Source: an uncultured Chloroflexia bacterium
GTDB lineage: Bacteria > Chloroflexota > Limnocylindria > Limnocylindrales > CSP1-4
DNA: 64,000 bases
Reading direction: 5' to 3'
Assembly: GCA_963833225.1 (NCBI GenBank)
Contig: CAWHXD010000019.1
Coordinates: 96,001-160,000 of the forward strand
Under the pieces are notes generated by a model. It had not been told where the DNA came from, made no database searches, and saw nothing but the letters and a program-made list of their open reading frames with translations. The position numbers were made by a program, and so were the translations under genes. Position 1 is the stretch's first letter. The number at the start of each line of letters is the position of its first letter. Shown piece by piece: positions 59,991 through 64,000 of this stretch.

Positions 59991-60757
59991 GGGCCCTGCC
60001 TGCCGGCGGCCGGACCCCGGCAGGCGTCCACGAAGAACGCGAACAGCCGCTCGAAGGCCCGCGGCGTGGACTCCGTGCGCTCGGGATGACACTGGACCGC
60101 GACCCGGAACGGTCCCGACGGCGCCTCCATGGCCTCGACCAGGTCCCCGACGGGGCTGGTGGACAGACCCGATGCGACGAACACGGGTGCGAGGTCGGAC
60201 GGCCGAACCGCCTGGTGGTGATAGCTGTTCACGGTCAGCACGGCGCTCCCGGCAAGGGTCGGGCTCAGGATCCGGGCGAGCCTCGAGCCGGGCGTCAGCC
60301 GGAGGGGATGCATGTGCGCCTGGCCGTGACCGTATGGCGCTCCGAGGTGGCCGTCGACGTGGCGGGTCAGCGTGCCGCCGGCGAACACGTTCATCGCCTG
60401 GAGGCCGCGGCAGATTCCCAGGACGGGCAGCGCGCGGGCATCGGCGGCGGCCCAGGCAGCCGCCTCGAGCGCATCACGCCACGCATCCACCGCCGACGAA
60501 CCGGCCTCGGACCGCCCGTACCGGGCCGGCTCGATGTCCGAGCCGCCGCTGAGCAGGAGCCCATCCATCGACGCGAAGGCCCCGGCGCGCATCGACTCCG
60601 GCGTGGTGGCATCAAGCGGGATGGCGGTCCCGCCGTGACGGGTCACGCAGTCCACGTAGAGGGCGTTCTTGCGTGCGACCAGCGCCGGATCGGCTGCACG
60701 GGCGGCGGTTGCGAGCGTGACGACGATCCGGGGCGATCGCCCCCGGGCGGGTGACAT
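59987..60757 (-). CDS. Peptidase C26 / gamma-glutamyl-GABA hydrolase (PuuD-like)
   Basis: DGLLLSGGSDI, PVLGICRGLQ, VNSYHHQAV, VQCHPE. Confidence 0.9.
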   Translation of the reverse strand: MSPARGRSPRIVVTLATAARAADPALVARKNALYVDCVTRHGGTAIPLDATTPESMRAGAFASMDGLLLSGGSDIEPARYGRSEAGSSAVDAWRDALEAAAWAAADARALPVLGICRGLQAMNVFAGGTLTRHVDGHLGAPYGHGQAHMHPLRLTPGSRLARILSPTLAGSAVLTVNSYHHQAVRPSDLAPVFVASGLSTSPVGDLVEAMEAPSGPFRVAVQCHPERTESTPRAFERLFAFFVDACRGPAAGRQGP

Positions 60758-60796
60758 GTCGCGCAGCATACCCACCCCCGGATCTGGCTCGCGGGC

Positions 60797-61297
60797 CTAC
60801 CCGGCCGGCGACGCGTCCTCGGGCGGCATCGACTCGTACTCGTCGGGCGGGGTGGGGGTAGGCTCCTCGCCGGTCTCGCCGTCACCGGGCGGGGGGACGT
60901 ACTGCTGCCCCGGGAGGATCCGAAGCACCCAGCCACGCTGGAGGTTGTTGGGCGCGTAGTCGGCGGACTCGGGGTCCAGGGTCGGGTACTGGTCGCGGTT
61001 CCAGTAGGCGATGGACCGCCCGGTGGTCTTGTACCGGCGCCCGAGCCCTGTGAGGGTGTCGCCGCTGACCACCTTGTGGAGCAGGAAGGTTGGGGCTGGC
61101 GTCGGGGTGGGCGGGCCCGGCGTTGGCGTCGGGGTGGGCGGTGCGGTTGGCGTCGGGGTGGGCGTCGGGATGGGCGTGGGTGTCGGGCGGATCGACGCCG
61201 GCAGGCACGCGCCAAGAGCGACGAGAAGGAAGATCGCGAGGATGATGCGACGGGCGTGGGGACCGGGCAGCCGGTGATCGCCGCCCGGTGCGTTCAC
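60797..61297 (-). CDS. LysM-domain lipoprotein with PT-rich linker
   Basis: GTGA overlap with the upstream stop; LGAC lipobox; HKVVSGDTLTGLGRRYKTT...LQRGWVLRI. Confidence 0.8.
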   Translation of the reverse strand: MNAPGGDHRLPGPHARRIILAIFLLVALGACLPASIRPTPTPIPTPTPTPTAPPTPTPTPGPPTPTPAPTFLLHKVVSGDTLTGLGRRYKTTGRSIAYWNRDQYPTLDPESADYAPNNLQRGWVLRILPGQQYVPPPGDGETGEEPTPTPPDEYESMPPEDASPAG

Positions 61298-64000
61298 GAT
61301 GCGGCGTCCACGAGCGGCGGATCGAACGGCGTCGGCGTGGACGGCGTGAACTCGGCGGCAAGGGCCAGCCCCTCGAGCGCGGTCGCCACGCGTCCCCGAC
61401 CCCGGCGCTTGGCGACGAAGCACGCCCGATCCGCGGCCAGGAGGACCTCCTCGGCAGTGCGTCCGTCCACCGGGAACGCCGCCGTGCCGATCGAGGCGGA
61501 CACGTGCATGCCATCGGCCACCCACGTCGGACCCCGGCGCCCCGACGCCCGCGATCGCGGCCCGCACGCGCTCCGCGACGACCGCCACGCCCGTGGCCTC
61601 GGTCCGAAGCAGGAGGACGGCGAGCTCGTCGCCGCCGTACCTGAACACGGCGTCGGTCATCAAGACCGTTCCCCGCACGGCCTGGGCGATCTCGCGCAAG
61701 AGCCGGTCACCGGCCTGGTGGCCCATCGTGTCATTGACGGTCTTGAACGAGTCGAGATCGATCATCAGCAGGCCGAACGGATCGCCGGCCGCGACGCTTC
61801 GCTCCAGGTACTCGTTGAAGGTCCCGTGATTGAGGAGGCCAGTGAGGTCATCGGTCCTGGCGCGGACCTCGGCCTCCTGGAACGACTCCGCGTTGCGCAG
61901 GGCGATGGACACCTGGGCGGCAAACAGCTTGACGAGCTCGAACTCCTGCTCGTCGAACGCCATCGTTGGTCCCACGCGCTCGAGCGTGAGCACGCCGATG
62001 GCCCCGTGCGGGCCGATGAGCGGCACCACGATCAGGCTCCCCTCGATCGGGCCCATGTCACGGAAGTGGTTGACGCGAGGGTCGGTTGACTCGTCCCCGA
62101 TCAGCACCGGCTCGTTGTGGTCCACGACCCAGGTGGCGATGCCCGTCTCACCCGGTTCCCACGGCAGCATGAAGTAGTCCGCGTGCACGCCGCGCGCGGT
62201 CAGCGGCTTGAGCATTCCCGATGGACGGTCCACGACCTCGATCGCGATGTTGTCGCACTGGATCAATGAGCCCAGCCGCTCGGTGATCTGGTCGAGCACC
62301 GAGTGCTGGTCGAATGTCGTCAGCATCGACTCCGTGATCCGCAGGAGCTCCGCCTGGGCCCGCACCTGGCGCTCGAGCGCGGTTGACTGCTCCCGCAGGC
62401 GCGCGGTCGCGTCGGCGTTGGCCATCGCCTGGGCCGCGAACGACGCGTAGATGACGAGCAGGCGCAGGTCATCCTCGGTGAACTGGCGGAGCCCGGGCTT
62501 GGCGAGGACCAGGACACCGATGCACTGGTCCTCGTGCACCATCGGTGCCAGCAGCAGCGACTCGTCACCATGCTCCTCGGTGCCGGGGATGGTGATCCCA
62601 CGCGGGTCACTCGCCGAGTCGTCCACGAGCTGCGCGACGCGGAACTGGGCCACCCAGCCCGTGATCCCCTGGCCAACGGGCACCGCGAGGCTCTCGGGGG
62701 TCTCCTCGCTATAGACGCGTCCGTAGCCCTGGTAGGCCACGGGCCGGAGCTCGTCGCCAAACACCCGGTAGACCCGGGCGTTGTCGTAGCTGATGAGCTG
62801 TCGGAGCTCGGTGGCGATCGTGGTCCCGATGTCGTGGACATCGCTGAGCCCGGCGAGTCGGGCCCCCAGGCGCTGGATGGACTGCAGCTGGGCGGCCCAC
62901 GCGGCCATGCGGCTGAACGTGCGAGCCGAGCGAACGGCGACCGCGGCGTCATCCGCGAGCGCTTCGGCAGCTTCGAGATCGCCGTCTCGCCAGCGGTACG
63001 GTCGATCGTGGGCGAGGTAGAGGACCCCCTGGATCTCGTTGCCGTCCACGAGCGGGGCCGCAAGCAGGCTCCCAAGGCCCTCCTGGATCCCGGCCGCCCG
63101 GGCCGGGCTGGAGCCGCGAGGGGCATCTGGGCCCACCAGGGGCTGGGGTCGCCGTGACGGCACCTCGCGCTGGGTGCCCTGGCCTTGCTCGAGCTCGCGG
63201 GCGGACGCCAGGAACGCCTCGGAGAAGCCCGATCCGCCCGGCGAGGAGACGCGCCCCTCGCTGTCGCGCAGGATCACCGCCACCCGGTCTGCGCCGAACA
63301 GGACGCGGGCATGGTCGGAGAGGTCGCGGATCACGTCCGCCACGTCAAGCCGTGACAGGAGGTCGGTGGCGACGCGCCGCAGGGCTTCGGATCGGCGAAG
63401 CCTCGCCGCGGCCTGCTCAGCTGCCGAGGCGCCGCGGACCAGCACGCCCAGGGTCCGGGCGATGGCGGTGGCGAGACTGCGGCCGTCGTCGGGTCCCAGC
63501 TCCATCGCCCCAGCGAGCACCAGGACGCCCCACGGGGTATCGCCGCCGGGAAGGGCCACAACGAGCTCATCGGTGCCGATGCCGAGGATCGGACTCACCT
63601 GCGGATCGCCTGGCCGGGCGTGGACGGGCTGGTCGCTCTCCAGCGCTCGTGCGAACAGCGTGCGCCCCGGCGGGATGCTCCGGAGGGCCGTCACGCCGGC
63701 GCCCTCGGCGTCGGTGGCGCGCGGGACCAGGCCGCCGGGCCGGCGCTCCCAGACGCCGACGAGCGCGGCACCGGTCGTCAGTCGGATCCGCCGGCACGCC
63801 TCGTCGAGGGCCGTGTCCAGCCCGGACGGGAACGAGGCGATCTCCGCGAGATCGGCCAGGAGGTCGAGACCGGCCGTGGTCTCGGTGAGGGTGGCCTGGC
63901 CGTCCCGGCGCAGCCCCCGGATCGGGGCGAGGTCCGTGATGTCTGCGGGCACGGCCGCCTCGGCGGCGCTCAGGAACCGCTGCAGGTCGCTGAGCCGGTA
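61294..64000 (-). CDS. Multi-GAF diguanylate cyclase (5' partial; frameshift near 61530)
   Basis: About four GAF domains; DDLTGLLN, DLDSFKTVND, RYGGDEL; C-terminus VSASIG...ADRACFVAK is in ORF 61294-61521; frame open to the window end. Confidence 0.88.

Noticed and set aside
60797-63952. Apparent 1051-aa GAF-GGDEF-LysM fusion in the ORF track
   Set aside because: A frameshift near 61530 diverts the frame. The true GGDEF end is in ORF 61294-61521, and the LysM lipoprotein has its own GTG and signal peptide at 61297.

Overview
This 64-kb window is very GC-rich bacterial DNA (about 70%+ by eye). Gene content suggests Chloroflexota such as Limnocylindria, though that placement is inference. Most of it is housekeeping or metabolic: three-gene NAD(P) transhydrogenase, rocD, asnS, gltA, an amino-acid ABC transporter, MttB- and UroD-family methyltransferase-like genes, two ECF sigma/anti-sigma pairs, three GGDEF proteins and an adenylate cyclase. 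At least eight single-base frameshifts and one premature TAG suggest imperfectly polished long-read sequence. The standout is a 3,013-bp transposon (49437-52449) with perfect 24-bp terminal inverted repeats and an 8-bp target-site duplication (TGGCGCGC) equal to the last 8 nt, including CCA, of an intact tRNA-Arg(UCG). It encodes an IS256/Mutator-like DDE transposase fused to two C-terminal zinc-ribbon (DUF4379-like) repeats, plus a DUF4304-like passenger gene. This is a candidate tRNA-3'-end-targeting DDE transposon with a built-in target selector. Just outside it lies a ~1,300-aa protein with an eCIS-cargo-type LQRxAGNxAV motif and a duplicated ~68-aa domain I do not recognise. Two hairpins with CCUCCUCC loops precede the ABC transporter.
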